20,199 bases of DNA from Candidatus Hydrogenedentota bacterium (GTDB lineage: Bacteria > Hydrogenedentota > Hydrogenedentia > Hydrogenedentales > SLHB01). The translations under genes were made by a program, and so were the position numbers. Below the pieces are notes generated by a model that had not been told where the DNA came from, did not search any database, and saw only the letters and a list, made by a program, of their open reading frames with translations. Where the stretch lies: contig BTVY01000078.1 of NCBI GenBank assembly GCA_045863335.1, positions 1 to 20,199 of the forward strand, given 5' to 3'. Positions 9,318-16,580 of this stretch are shown here, piece after piece (the stretch's first letter is position 1; the number at the start of each line of letters is the position of its first letter).

Positions 9318-10326
9318 AGAAGGCCTCGCGCCGGTTCCGCAGGAGCAACCAGAGGAAGAAGGGTCCGCCGACGATGGCGGTGAGCACGCCGACGGGTATC
9401 TCGGCGGGTTGTGCGACCGTGCGGGCTGCGGTGTCGGCTCCGATGAGCAGGACGGCTCCGCCCAGCGCGGCGCAGGGCAGGAGCCTACGGTTGTCCGCGC
9501 CGCAGCACAGACGGAACAGGTGCGGCACGACAAGTCCGATGAAGCCGACGCCGCCCGCGGCGGCCACCGAGCCGCCGACGGCGAAAGCCGCGCCCCAGAT
9601 GATGCGGCGCTGTAACGCGTGGACGGGCACGCCGAGATGGTAGGCGTCCCGTTCGCCGAGGGCGAGGGCATTAAGCTTGCCGCCCAGAGGCACGAGCAGG
9701 ATGAGCCCGAGCGCGATGGGCGGCACAACGGCGAAGGCCAATCCCCAGTTCGCCGAGGTCATGCCGCCCAACTGCCAGAAGGTGATCCCGCGCAGCTCTT
9801 CCTCGTCGCTGAGAAAGGCGAAGAGGCCGACGCCGGCGAATGCGATGGCATTGAGGGCGATCCCGGTCAACAGGAGCGTCGACATTTGGGTGGCGCCGCC
9901 GGCACGGGCGATTCGCCAGACGATCCAGACGATGGCCAAGCCGCCCACGAAGCCTGCGACGGGCAATCCCCATACCGCGAGCAGGCCGGTTGCTCGTGCA
10001 AAGACAATCCACGCGGAGACCGCCAGACCCGCACCGGCCGTCACGCCGATGAGGCTGGGATCCGCGAGGGGATTGCGGAACATGCTTTGCAGCGAAGCGC
10101 CGCTGACGGCCAGGGCCGCGCCGACCAAACCCGCGATGAACACGCGGGGCAGGCGGATGTACAACAAGATGCGGTACCCCTCGTCTTCGAGATGGCCCCA
10201 CAGGATCGCGGGGATTCGCAAGGCGTCGATGGGATACGCACCGGCGGCGGCCGCGACGCAGATCACCGCCGGAAGCGCCAAGGCCAGAGTCAAGAGCGCA
10301 ATGCGATAGGCGTGCGAGACGTTCAT
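9310..10326 (-). CDS. hmuU: Heme/iron-chelate ABC transporter permease (FecCD/BtuC family)
   Basis: IRLPRV, FRNPLADPSLIGVTAGA, FWQLGG, LNALALGERDAYHLG, GFIGLVVPH, EIPVGVLTAIVGGPFF. Start at ATG 10326 has an ATGA overlap with the hmuT stop. Confidence 0.9.
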   Translation of the reverse strand: MNVSHAYRIALLTLALALPAVICVAAAAGAYPIDALRIPAILWGHLEDEGYRILLYIRLPRVFIAGLVGAALAVSGASLQSMFRNPLADPSLIGVTAGAGLAVSAWIVFARATGLLAVWGLPVAGFVGGLAIVWIVWRIARAGGATQMSTLLLTGIALNAIAFAGVGLFAFLSDEEELRGITFWQLGGMTSANWGLAFAVVPPIALGLILLVPLGGKLNALALGERDAYHLGVPVHALQRRIIWGAAFAVGGSVAAAGGVGFIGLVVPHLFRLCCGADNRRLLPCAALGGAVLLIGADTAARTVAQPAEIPVGVLTAIVGGPFFLWLLLRNRREAFYA

Positions 10327-11207
10327 GGATCTACCTTTGCGACCGCGTCGCGGGGTTGATAGAGGCGTTTCCACAAGGTAAGCGCGGCTTCGCCTGTACG
10401 GGGACCGAATCCGGAGAGCAGGACGTCGTCCATGGCGACGATGCGTTTGTTCTTGCCGGCGGGGGTCTCCTTGATACCCGGACGTTGGAGGAGCGCATCC
10501 ACGCCACCACTCGCTTCCAATCCGTCCGCATAACACAGGATTACGTCCGGCTGCGCCGCGACGACGGCCTCTGGATTGAGCGATTTGTATCCCTCTAAGC
10601 CGGGGATCGCGAAGGAGCCTCGCGCCAGTTGCACCATGGCGGCGGCGTTGCTGTCTTCACCCATCATCATCGCCACGCCGGGCCGCAGGTAGAGGATGAG
10701 CACGCTGAGTTTCGGATGGTCCCCCATCTCCATGACGGCGCGTTCGAGTTCGCCCATGTCCTTGTCGATGGCCTCCTTCAGTTCAACGGCGCGGTCTTGT
10801 TTGCCGAGAAGTTGGCCGAGTACGTCGATGCGCTCTTTGGCAATATCGACGCCCGGTTCATCCGGCAGACGGACGACATCGACATGGGCCTGCTCCAGGA
10901 GATGCATGCCGGGACCGCTCATGGCGCGGTTGCGGCCTATCACGAGGGTTGGCCGTTCCGCGAGCACGGCTTCGACGTTGATTTGATGCCCGTCGCTGAT
11001 GACAGGCAAGGACTGGGCGCTTTCCGGATAGGTGGAGCCGGAATCGCGGGCGACGACGTGATCGCCCACGCCGAGGGCGTAGAGGGTTTCGGTCGTGCCG
11101 GCGTCGAGACTGACAATTCGCGCTTCGGCGCCGATGGCAAGGGGGGGCGCCCCCGCACTGAGTGCGAGGATGGCGATGGTGAATGCAGTTATTGATTTGC
11201 AACTCAT
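10323..11207 (-). CDS. hmuT: Heme ABC transporter substrate-binding protein with Sec signal peptide
   Basis: Signal peptide MSCKSITAFTIAILALSAG...; class III SBP motifs RIVSLD, TETLYALG, YKSLNPEAVVAAQPDVI, TPAGKNKRIV, GFGPR; candidate ligands His74 (GHQINVE) and Tyr173 (LYLR). AAGGA RBS before ATG 11207. Confidence 0.87.
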   Translation of the reverse strand: MSCKSITAFTIAILALSAGAPPLAIGAEARIVSLDAGTTETLYALGVGDHVVARDSGSTYPESAQSLPVISDGHQINVEAVLAERPTLVIGRNRAMSGPGMHLLEQAHVDVVRLPDEPGVDIAKERIDVLGQLLGKQDRAVELKEAIDKDMGELERAVMEMGDHPKLSVLILYLRPGVAMMMGEDSNAAAMVQLARGSFAIPGLEGYKSLNPEAVVAAQPDVILCYADGLEASGGVDALLQRPGIKETPAGKNKRIVAMDDVLLSGFGPRTGEAALTLWKRLYQPRDAVAKVDP

Positions 11208-11235
11208 TGGTGGATTCCTTTTCCGATTGGTGCCG

Positions 11236-12210
11236 TTAGCTGCCGTGTTCGTCGAGCTGACCGAAGACGCGGGCGACGCCCGGAAGGGCCGGCACATCTT
11301 CTTCGTATCTCACGAATTCGACATGGCCATCGAGGTAGAGCACATTCGAGCCACCTGGCACGTGGTTGTACTCGCTGGGAACGGTGCTCAGACGGTCGGT
11401 CATGATCCAGATCTCGCTCTGGGACCGGGCGCTGGAAGCGGGATTGTTGATATCCGTCACGAGAAAGCGCTCGATGCCTTCACGGAGACGGAAGATGGTG
11501 TCGCCGCCGGCATTGCCATTTCCCGGGCTGATCGAACCGAGATCGATGTCGGCGCCGGGATTCCCTGCGAAGAAGTCGCCGATGGCCATGGCGATTCCCC
11601 AGACCAATTGGGCGGGCCCATCGCCGGTTGCGGCGGGCGTGAGCGTGGAGATGGTTTCCGTGGGATACTCGGGCCCGACCCGGTCGAAGATGTACCCGCT
11701 GTACCAATAGCTTTCGTCGGCCAACGGCAACCCGCGGTCGTTGGAGAACTGGCTGAAGGGCGGGCCCGGGATGGGCGCAAAACACACGCGGTGGATTTCG
11801 CTTTCACCGGTAACGGGGTTGTTGAAGTCCTCCGGACTTAGGGAGGAATCGGAAGGGCACACCATGATTGCAGGGTCGGTCAGGTATTCGGGATAGATAT
11901 CGGACATCTGGGGGTTCAGCCAGTGGGTCGGCGCGCCGACGAAAGGCTGGGCGGGAGCGACCAACGCGCCCGTGTCACAGTTGACGATGGGTTCCCAGGA
12001 GGTCTGCATCCTGGGGAGCTGCTCGCCGTTGCTCTCGGACGCGAACATTTTGAAGACCAGTCCCCATTGTTTGAGGTTGTTCTGGCAACTGGCCCGGCGT
12101 GCGGCTTCGCGGGCGCGGGCGAGGGCGGGTAGCAGAATTGCGGCCAAAATGCCTATAATGGCAATGACGACCAGCAGTTCGATCAGGGTGAATCCACGGT
12201 TCGTCTTCAT
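11236..12210 (-). CDS. DUF1559 (SBP_bac_10) prepilin-type N-terminal cleavage/methylation protein with C-terminal H-X9-DG motif, 324 aa
   Basis: Class III signal RG|[46 protein letters not shown] motif, C-terminal [18 protein letters not shown]; AGGAG RBS at 12217-12221; ends 28 bp before hmuT. Confidence 0.92.
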   Translation of the reverse strand: MKTNRGFTLIELLVVIAIIGILAAILLPALARAREAARRASCQNNLKQWGLVFKMFASESNGEQLPRMQTSWEPIVNCDTGALVAPAQPFVGAPTHWLNPQMSDIYPEYLTDPAIMVCPSDSSLSPEDFNNPVTGESEIHRVCFAPIPGPPFSQFSNDRGLPLADESYWYSGYIFDRVGPEYPTETISTLTPAATGDGPAQLVWGIAMAIGDFFAGNPGADIDLGSISPGNGNAGGDTIFRLREGIERFLVTDINNPASSARSQSEIWIMTDRLSTVPSEYNHVPGGSNVLYLDGHVEFVRYEEDVPALPGVARVFGQLDEHGS

Positions 12211-12224
12211 AGGTGTCTCCTGCT

Positions 12225-12299
12225 GGGCCTGTCGCGCGGGAAATCCCGATAGATTTGCCGATCCGAGGGATTTCAGCCGGCAGGCCCGGTTCTTTTTTT
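12225..12299. promoter_or_regulatory. Long stem-loop in the operon leader; reads as hairpin plus T-tract on the + strand
   Basis: GGGCCTG (12225-12231)/CAGGCCC (12281-12287) and GAAATCCC (12240-12247)/GGGATTTC (12267-12274); T7 at 12293-12299; directly next to the RBS of the DUF1559 gene. Confidence 0.55.
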
Positions 12300-12331
12300 G
12301 AGTGCTAACCGATGTGATTAAGGCAGGTTAA

Positions 12332-12352
12332 TTAAGGAGAGGGAAGTGTCAT
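12332..12352 (-). CDS. Possible 6-aa leader peptide (uORF) MTLPSP
   Basis: The minus strand reads GGAGG-tcgcct-ATG ACA CTT CCC TCT CCT TAA: a strong SD with a 6-nt spacer just downstream of the predicted promoter. Could be chance. Confidence 0.3.
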   Translation of the reverse strand: MTLPSP

Positions 12353-12393
12353 AGGCGACCTCCAAACAGCTAAGACCCACACAGCTTATAAAT

Positions 12394-12433
12394 AGCATAC
12401 ATTGGAGTCATATAAAAATCAAGTGATTTTTAT
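12394..12433 (-). promoter_or_regulatory. Sigma-70-type promoter of the pilin-hmu operon, overlapped by a perfect 10-2-10 palindrome (candidate repressor operator)
   Basis: Minus strand TTGATT (12422-12417) - 17 nt - TATGCT (12399-12394); ATAAAAATCA-AG-TGATTTTTAT at 12412-12433 covers the -35; AT-rich patch in a GC-rich window. Confidence 0.65.
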
Positions 12434-12538
12434 CTATTTCATTTGCTCACTATACATAACTTAGTGCGCCCGCGCCCGTCCGGCCACTGTGCTAGAATTA
12501 GTAACAGCAAGGAACCATATGGGATGGAGGGCGCAGGG

Positions 12539-12985
12539 ATGAAAACGGTTGGCGAAATCATCGGGAACCGGGAGCCGTACTTCGTTGAGCCGGAACGAAC
12601 GGTGCGGGAAGTCGTCGAGTACCTCGCAACTAAGGGTGTGGGAGCGGTTGCGGTATGCGAGGACGGCGCAGTCGTCGGCGTGTTTTCGGAGCGGGATGTT
12701 GTGCGGCGGGTGGTTGCCGAAGGACGCGATGCGCAAACCACGCGCATTCGTGATGTGATGACCGGGGATGTTGTCTCTGTTTCCATTGAGGATTCACACC
12801 ACGCAGCGAAGGCGCTTATGCTCGACAAGAAGTTCCGGCATCTCGTCGTGATCGATCGCGAGAAACGGTTTCGGGGGTTCGTTTCGATGCGGGACCTGTT
12901 GGAGGTTGACCTGGCCGAATCGAGAGAGTTGATTCATTCGCTCAACGACGGATACTACGAGCACCAGTTCAAGCCTGGCGAATGA
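12539..12985 (+). CDS. Stand-alone CBS-domain pair protein, 148 aa
   Basis: GVGAVAV..GAVVGVFSERDVVRR, IRDVMT, KFRHLVV..GFVSMRDLL; GGAGG RBS at 12526-12530. Confidence 0.88.
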   Translation: MKTVGEIIGNREPYFVEPERTVREVVEYLATKGVGAVAVCEDGAVVGVFSERDVVRRVVAEGRDAQTTRIRDVMTGDVVSVSIEDSHHAAKALMLDKKFRHLVVIDREKRFRGFVSMRDLLEVDLAESRELIHSLNDGYYEHQFKPGE

Positions 12986-13138
12986 GCGTGACCAGCGCGA
13001 ACGTGCGTGGGTGATTCGATGGCGAGGCAACAAGGAAGGCCATCCCGTTGGACAGCACGTCGTACGGAATGGCCCTGCTGTTGAGTATCTCGAGATCACC
13101 GATAGTGGTTTCCGGCGAACGCGGAGCGCATGCCGCGG

Positions 13139-13300
13139 CTACGACTGTGCGTCGACGGCGTGCTCCTGGATCTCTTCTCCGCCTTCCTCAATATCCTCCC
13201 CAAGACCGCGCATGGTGTTGCAGCCGCTCAGGGCAAGCAGGACGACAGCGAGGACCGTCACCGCTGCTCTCCTCAACAATCCAATAGTTCTATCTTCCAT
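13139..13300 (-). CDS. Entericidin EcnA/B-family small lipoprotein, 53 aa (absent from the ORF track)
   Basis: Manual translation MEDRTIGLLRRAAVTVLAVVLLALSGCNTMRGLGEDIEEGGEEIQEHAVDAQS: lipobox LSG|C followed by the family signature CNT.RG.GEDI..GG..I; AGAAAGG RBS. Confidence 0.85.
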   Translation of the reverse strand: MEDRTIGLLRRAAVTVLAVVLLALSGCNTMRGLGEDIEEGGEEIQEHAVDAQS

Positions 13301-13380
13301 GTTTCGCCGACCTTTCTGTTGTGACCTGCCGAACCTGGCCGGGTTGTAGCGATACTATTCAAACACCGGATTACGATCCG

Positions 13381-13554
13381 TTACACCACCGGGCGCCGGC
13401 CAATCAGACCGCTGATCAGGAAGACCAGGAATAGCACCAGGAACACATAGAACAGGATTTGCGCAATGCCAGCGGCCACACTCGCGATGCCGCCAAATCC
13501 GAACAACATCGCCACCAACGCCACGATGAAGAACACCAAAGCCCAATAGAGCAT
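13381..13554 (-). CDS. DUF1328 / UPF0391 small membrane protein (YtjA-like), 57 aa
   Basis: [49 protein letters not shown] matches the family pattern; GGAGG RBS before ATG 13554. Confidence 0.92.
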   Translation of the reverse strand: MLYWALVFFIVALVAMLFGFGGIASVAAGIAQILFYVFLVLFLVFLISGLIGRRPVV

Positions 13555-13604
13555 AGGGAACCTCCCTTCACACGTTGCTGTGTTTGAAGTCACCGGAAGG
13601 GAGG

Positions 13605-13620
13605 TGCAAGCCATGTGCCA
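13605..13620 (-). promoter_or_regulatory. Sigma-54 (-24/-12) promoter for DUF1328 and entericidin
   Basis: Minus strand TGGCAC-ATGGC-TTGCA, a full consensus match about 50 bp upstream of the ATG. Confidence 0.8.
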
Positions 13621-13758
13621 AGAATTCATGGTGTGATTCTCGCCAATACTGCGGACTTTCGCGCGTGCCCGGGGCGGGGATCGTATAGAACAGTTACAGT
13701 CTGTATAAATCCCATGCCATCCCCAGAATGGATCGGTGGTAAATAAACGGTTTGTGAT

Positions 13759-13774
13759 TGGCACATGATTTGCG
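13759..13774 (+). promoter_or_regulatory. Sigma-54 (-24/-12) promoter for the lipoprotein gene
   Basis: Plus strand TGGCAC-ATGAT-TTGCG, about 35 bp upstream of ATG 13809. Confidence 0.78.
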
Positions 13775-13808
13775 CTCTCCGAAGGCACCTCAAACTGGAG
13801 GTTGCAGC

Positions 13809-14291
13809 ATGCGACACATCATGAGGCTCATGACGAGTGCTTCGGTGGCGCTATTAGCAGCCGGATGCCAGTACGGCGAACCGGATCGCGACGACGCCAG
13901 TGGAAGGAGTTCGGACGTGGCCGAGGAGACACGGGCTTCGCAAGAAGAACTGGTAGATGAAGGTTCGCACGCAACGCCGGATCAGGAAGGCCTTACAGCG
14001 ATCGACCACGTTGCGGCGCGCGAAAAGTTTAATGAAGAGCTTGACCAATTAAACGCGCGAATCGATGACGCTGCCGAAGCGTTGAGTCGAATGGGCGAGG
14101 ATGCTGGAGATGACCTCAACGAGGCGTTAGCTGAACTGAGAATGGACCGCGACGCCGTTGCGAAAGACATTGAAGATATCAGGAAGGCGTCCGCTGAAGT
14201 GGTGGCAGTCGCCGTGGAAGCCGTCCGGGAAGGACTGGACGAGTTGGGCGACGCGTTGGAGAATTTATCTGCGGAACTCAAGGAAACTTGA
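13809..14291 (+). CDS. Hypothetical acidic coiled-coil lipoprotein, 160 aa
   Basis: GGAGG RBS; signal peptide ending in lipobox LAAG|C; D/E-rich amphipathic helical C-terminal half. Confidence 0.75.
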   Translation: MRHIMRLMTSASVALLAAGCQYGEPDRDDASGRSSDVAEETRASQEELVDEGSHATPDQEGLTAIDHVAAREKFNEELDQLNARIDDAAEALSRMGEDAGDDLNEALAELRMDRDAVAKDIEDIRKASAEVVAVAVEAVREGLDELGDALENLSAELKET

Positions 14292-14363
14292 CGCCTCGCC
14301 GGCCGTAACGGCTGGCCGGAGCGTCTTGTAGAGCTTCACTCCCCCCCAACCCCGCTGTGGCGT

Positions 14364-14392
14364 GCCCGCCGGTTCTCCCAGAACCGGCGGGC
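14364..14392. terminator. GC-rich perfect hairpin between the convergent lipoprotein and csbD genes
   Basis: GCCCGCCGGTTCT (14364-14376)-CCC-AGAACCGGCGGGC (14380-14392), 13-bp stem; only a weak U-tract. Confidence 0.5.
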
Positions 14393-14502
14393 GCTCCGCT
14401 TCTTGACGCGTCGGTTTGTGCGGGCGGAGCCGATACGCGACACCATGAAACGGCGCCACGCCGTTGCTTTCGACGCGACGCCGGTGGGGTATTCGATTCC
14501 GT

Positions 14503-14703
14503 TTACTGCAATCTATCGACTAATTCGGACATTTCGCGTTCGACTTGCTCGCGGGATTCGCCGTACTTGGCTTGAATCGTTCCCAACAGCCGATCGCGCT
14601 GGCCTTTCATTTGGTCCAGTTCATCGTCGGTCAATTCGCCCCATTTCTCGCGGAGTTTTCCTTTGAACACGCCCCAATTGCCTTCAATCTGATCCCAATT
14701 CAT
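14503..14703 (-). CDS. csbD: CsbD/YjbJ-family general stress protein, 66 aa
   Basis: MNWDQIEGNWGVFKGKLREKWGELTDDELDQMKGQRDRLLGTIQAKYG matches the YjbJ pattern; AAAGGAG RBS. Confidence 0.92.
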   Translation of the reverse strand: MNWDQIEGNWGVFKGKLREKWGELTDDELDQMKGQRDRLLGTIQAKYGESREQVEREMSELVDRLQ

Positions 14704-14747
14704 AGTGTCTCCTTTCTACACGTGGATCCGCATGCCTCAGTGGAGCG

Positions 14748-14763
14748 TGCAAGAGTTGAGCCA
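14748..14763 (-). promoter_or_regulatory. Sigma-54 (-24/-12) promoter for csbD
   Basis: Minus strand TGGCTC-AACTC-TTGCA (TGGC-N7-TTGCA, correct GG-N10-GC spacing), about 45 bp upstream of the ATG. Confidence 0.7.
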
Positions 14764-14821
14764 GCTATGCAGACCAATCGTCACCGTGGAGGTCCGGGGG
14801 AGAATCGAATCGCGGGTCGGG

Positions 14822-15502
14822 TTAGCGTGAATTGTCGCGGGGCGTAATCCCGAGCACGATATTGAACTGGGCGGCAAGCTCGCCAGTCGCGGATTCGGGT
14901 ATGGGTGTGAAATCGACAAGCACGGCGTCGCGGGATGCGCCTTCCGGTATGGATTGAAGGATTCCATCGCGCGCGTTCATGGGGTGTCCCTTGACGTAGC
15001 ATTGGGTCGTGAATGTTTCGTGACCCGGAACCGCTACGGCCACGTGGATATGCGGAGTCCGCTGGAAACTACCGGGAGCGTAGGGCACCGGTTTGATGGT
15101 GCGGAAGCGGTACTCGCCGGTGGACCCGGTTTCGAAGCGGCCGAAGCCTTGAAAGTGCCGATCCAACCGTTCCTGGCCGGGGCTTCCCGAGTGGATGTAG
15201 ACCCCGTTGTTATCGACTTGCCAAATCTCCACGACGGCTTTGTTGACGGGATTGCCTTTGGGGTCGAGCACCCTTCCGCTGAGGTGCGAGATCTCACCGA
15301 CCGCGGGCGTCGTAGAGTCGCCGAGGATGATGAGGTCATTGTCGCGGTCCAGTGGAAGGTGATCGGGATAGAAGGGTCCTTTGGTCTGTCGCGGGGTCAG
15401 CGTAAGGGCCTCCGCGAACGCACCTGGGGCTGTCAAGAACGCGGCGCTCAGGGCGACGCGTTCGAGAAATGTTCTCCGTTGAATCCGCACTGACGATGCC
15501 AC
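14822..15502 (-). CDS. Intradiol ring-cleavage dioxygenase family protein (protocatechuate 3,4-dioxygenase beta-like) with Tat signal
   Basis: QRRTFL twin-arginine signal; GPFYP, VEIWQVDNNGVYIH, YRFRTIKPVPY and RTPHIH supply the 2 Tyr/2 His Fe ligands; GTG start. Confidence 0.85.
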   Translation of the reverse strand: MASSVRIQRRTFLERVALSAAFLTAPGAFAEALTLTPRQTKGPFYPDHLPLDRDNDLIILGDSTTPAVGEISHLSGRVLDPKGNPVNKAVVEIWQVDNNGVYIHSGSPGQERLDRHFQGFGRFETGSTGEYRFRTIKPVPYAPGSFQRTPHIHVAVAVPGHETFTTQCYVKGHPMNARDGILQSIPEGASRDAVLVDFTPIPESATGELAAQFNIVLGITPRDNSR

Positions 15503-15642
15503 GGTGCCCTGCCCTCTGCTCCGGAACCCTTGTTTGTGTTTAGGAGAACATCCTGCCGCAGTGAATGATTCCGGGCCGGAACGGCTTGCAGCACGTTCCG
15601 GCCCGATGCAAAAACTGTGGTCAGGAAAGCACTCCGGGCAGC

Positions 15643-16386
15643 TTAGCCCTCTTGCCGGCCAGCGTCATCGTCGTCACGCCGGTCACCCCGCCCCTCGCTG
15701 CCGCTCTCACCACCACCACGGTTACCGCGATACGTGGTCGCTGTTTTCCAGGTAGCGAGTTGCTCTTCGGACAGCACTTCAGCAAGGGCGGTATCGAGAC
15801 TCGATTTCGATTCCTGAGCCTTGGTCCGGACCGATTGCCAGTCCTGCTGCGCGAACGCTTCGCGCATGGCGGCATCCGATTCGACGACGTACCCTGCGAC
15901 GAGTTCGAGAGCCTTGTTGAGTTTTTCATCCTCCAACCCGAATCCCGCGAGGGTGTTGGCCATACGATCCCATTGGCGGCTGAAGGTGCCCAAGGTGGCG
16001 GTGGCCTTTTCGGCCGCGTCGGGCGAGAGAAACTCCGCCAGTGCGGCTTTCAGTTTAGCCCGCTCTTCATCAGCGGCTTTCCGGTAGGCTTCGAAACGGC
16101 CCGGGCCGCGCTCGCCGGAATCTGCCAGCTTGGCGACGGCGGCTTCGAGGCTCGACCGGCTCGCGCTGTATACCTCGGCCACCTTGACCGCTTCGTCCAT
16201 GGTGAGGTCGAGACTGGCGGCAACGCCTTTCGCCTGCAAGGTCCATGCGGCTTCCCGGTCGGCATCGGAAAGGCGAGAACCGCCAGGCCCTTGCGCGTGC
16301 GCAGGGAATGAGAATGTGGCCGCTACCGCAATCACTGAGGCAATGGCGAGACTTCGGGGTAACGTGTATCGAAGGTACGGAGTCAT
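15643..16386 (-). CDS. Hypothetical secreted alpha-helical protein, 247 aa
   Basis: AGGAG RBS; signal peptide ending in AHA|Q; two similar helical units ending LAEFLSPD / LAEVLSEEQ; Gly/Arg/Asp-rich tail. Confidence 0.7.
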   Translation of the reverse strand: MTPYLRYTLPRSLAIASVIAVAATFSFPAHAQGPGGSRLSDADREAAWTLQAKGVAASLDLTMDEAVKVAEVYSASRSSLEAAVAKLADSGERGPGRFEAYRKAADEERAKLKAALAEFLSPDAAEKATATLGTFSRQWDRMANTLAGFGLEDEKLNKALELVAGYVVESDAAMREAFAQQDWQSVRTKAQESKSSLDTALAEVLSEEQLATWKTATTYRGNRGGGESGSEGRGDRRDDDDAGRQEG

Positions 16387-16513
16387 CTTGCGTTCTCCTT
16401 ATGGGAATTCGTGCACCTGCGGCCATAGCGTACAATGCCGCACCACCTGTGGAACCCCGGCCGGCCCGTCTGAGTTCCGCGGACAACTTGCAGTGAAACC
16501 CCGCCAAAGGGGG

Positions 16514-16542
16514 TTGCCGGAACGACAAACTCCCCCTAGAAT
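16514..16542 (+). promoter_or_regulatory. Putative sigma-70 promoter for the molybdoenzyme operon
   Basis: TTGCCG (16514-16519) - 17 nt - TAGAAT (16537-16542), about 40 bp upstream of ATG 16581. Confidence 0.5.
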
Positions 16543-16580
16543 GTAGGGGCTGTTCCCCTCCTGGTACATGGAGAGTTCCT

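Noticed and set aside
8491-11297. Long N-terminal extensions given by the ORF track for hmuS, hmuV, hmuU and hmuT
   Set aside because: They run inside the upstream genes; internal ATGs with an RBS or overlapping stop/start codons give family-typical lengths.
12318-12336. DtxR/IdeR-like box TTAAGGCAGGTTAATTAAG
   Set aside because: Only about 11/19 matches to the consensus, poor symmetry, and it lies well downstream of the predicted promoter.
12211-12480. Cobalamin riboswitch, or a BtuFCD reading of the ABC transporter
   Set aside because: No B12-box or GCCACTG/GGGAAG core was found on the sense strand of the leader; hemS linkage and the His/Tyr ligands point to heme.
14292-14502. Possible ncRNA in the structured intergenic region between the lipoprotein and csbD
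   Set aside because: Several hairpins are present but no recognisable RNA family or promoter; termination of convergent genes explains them adequately.
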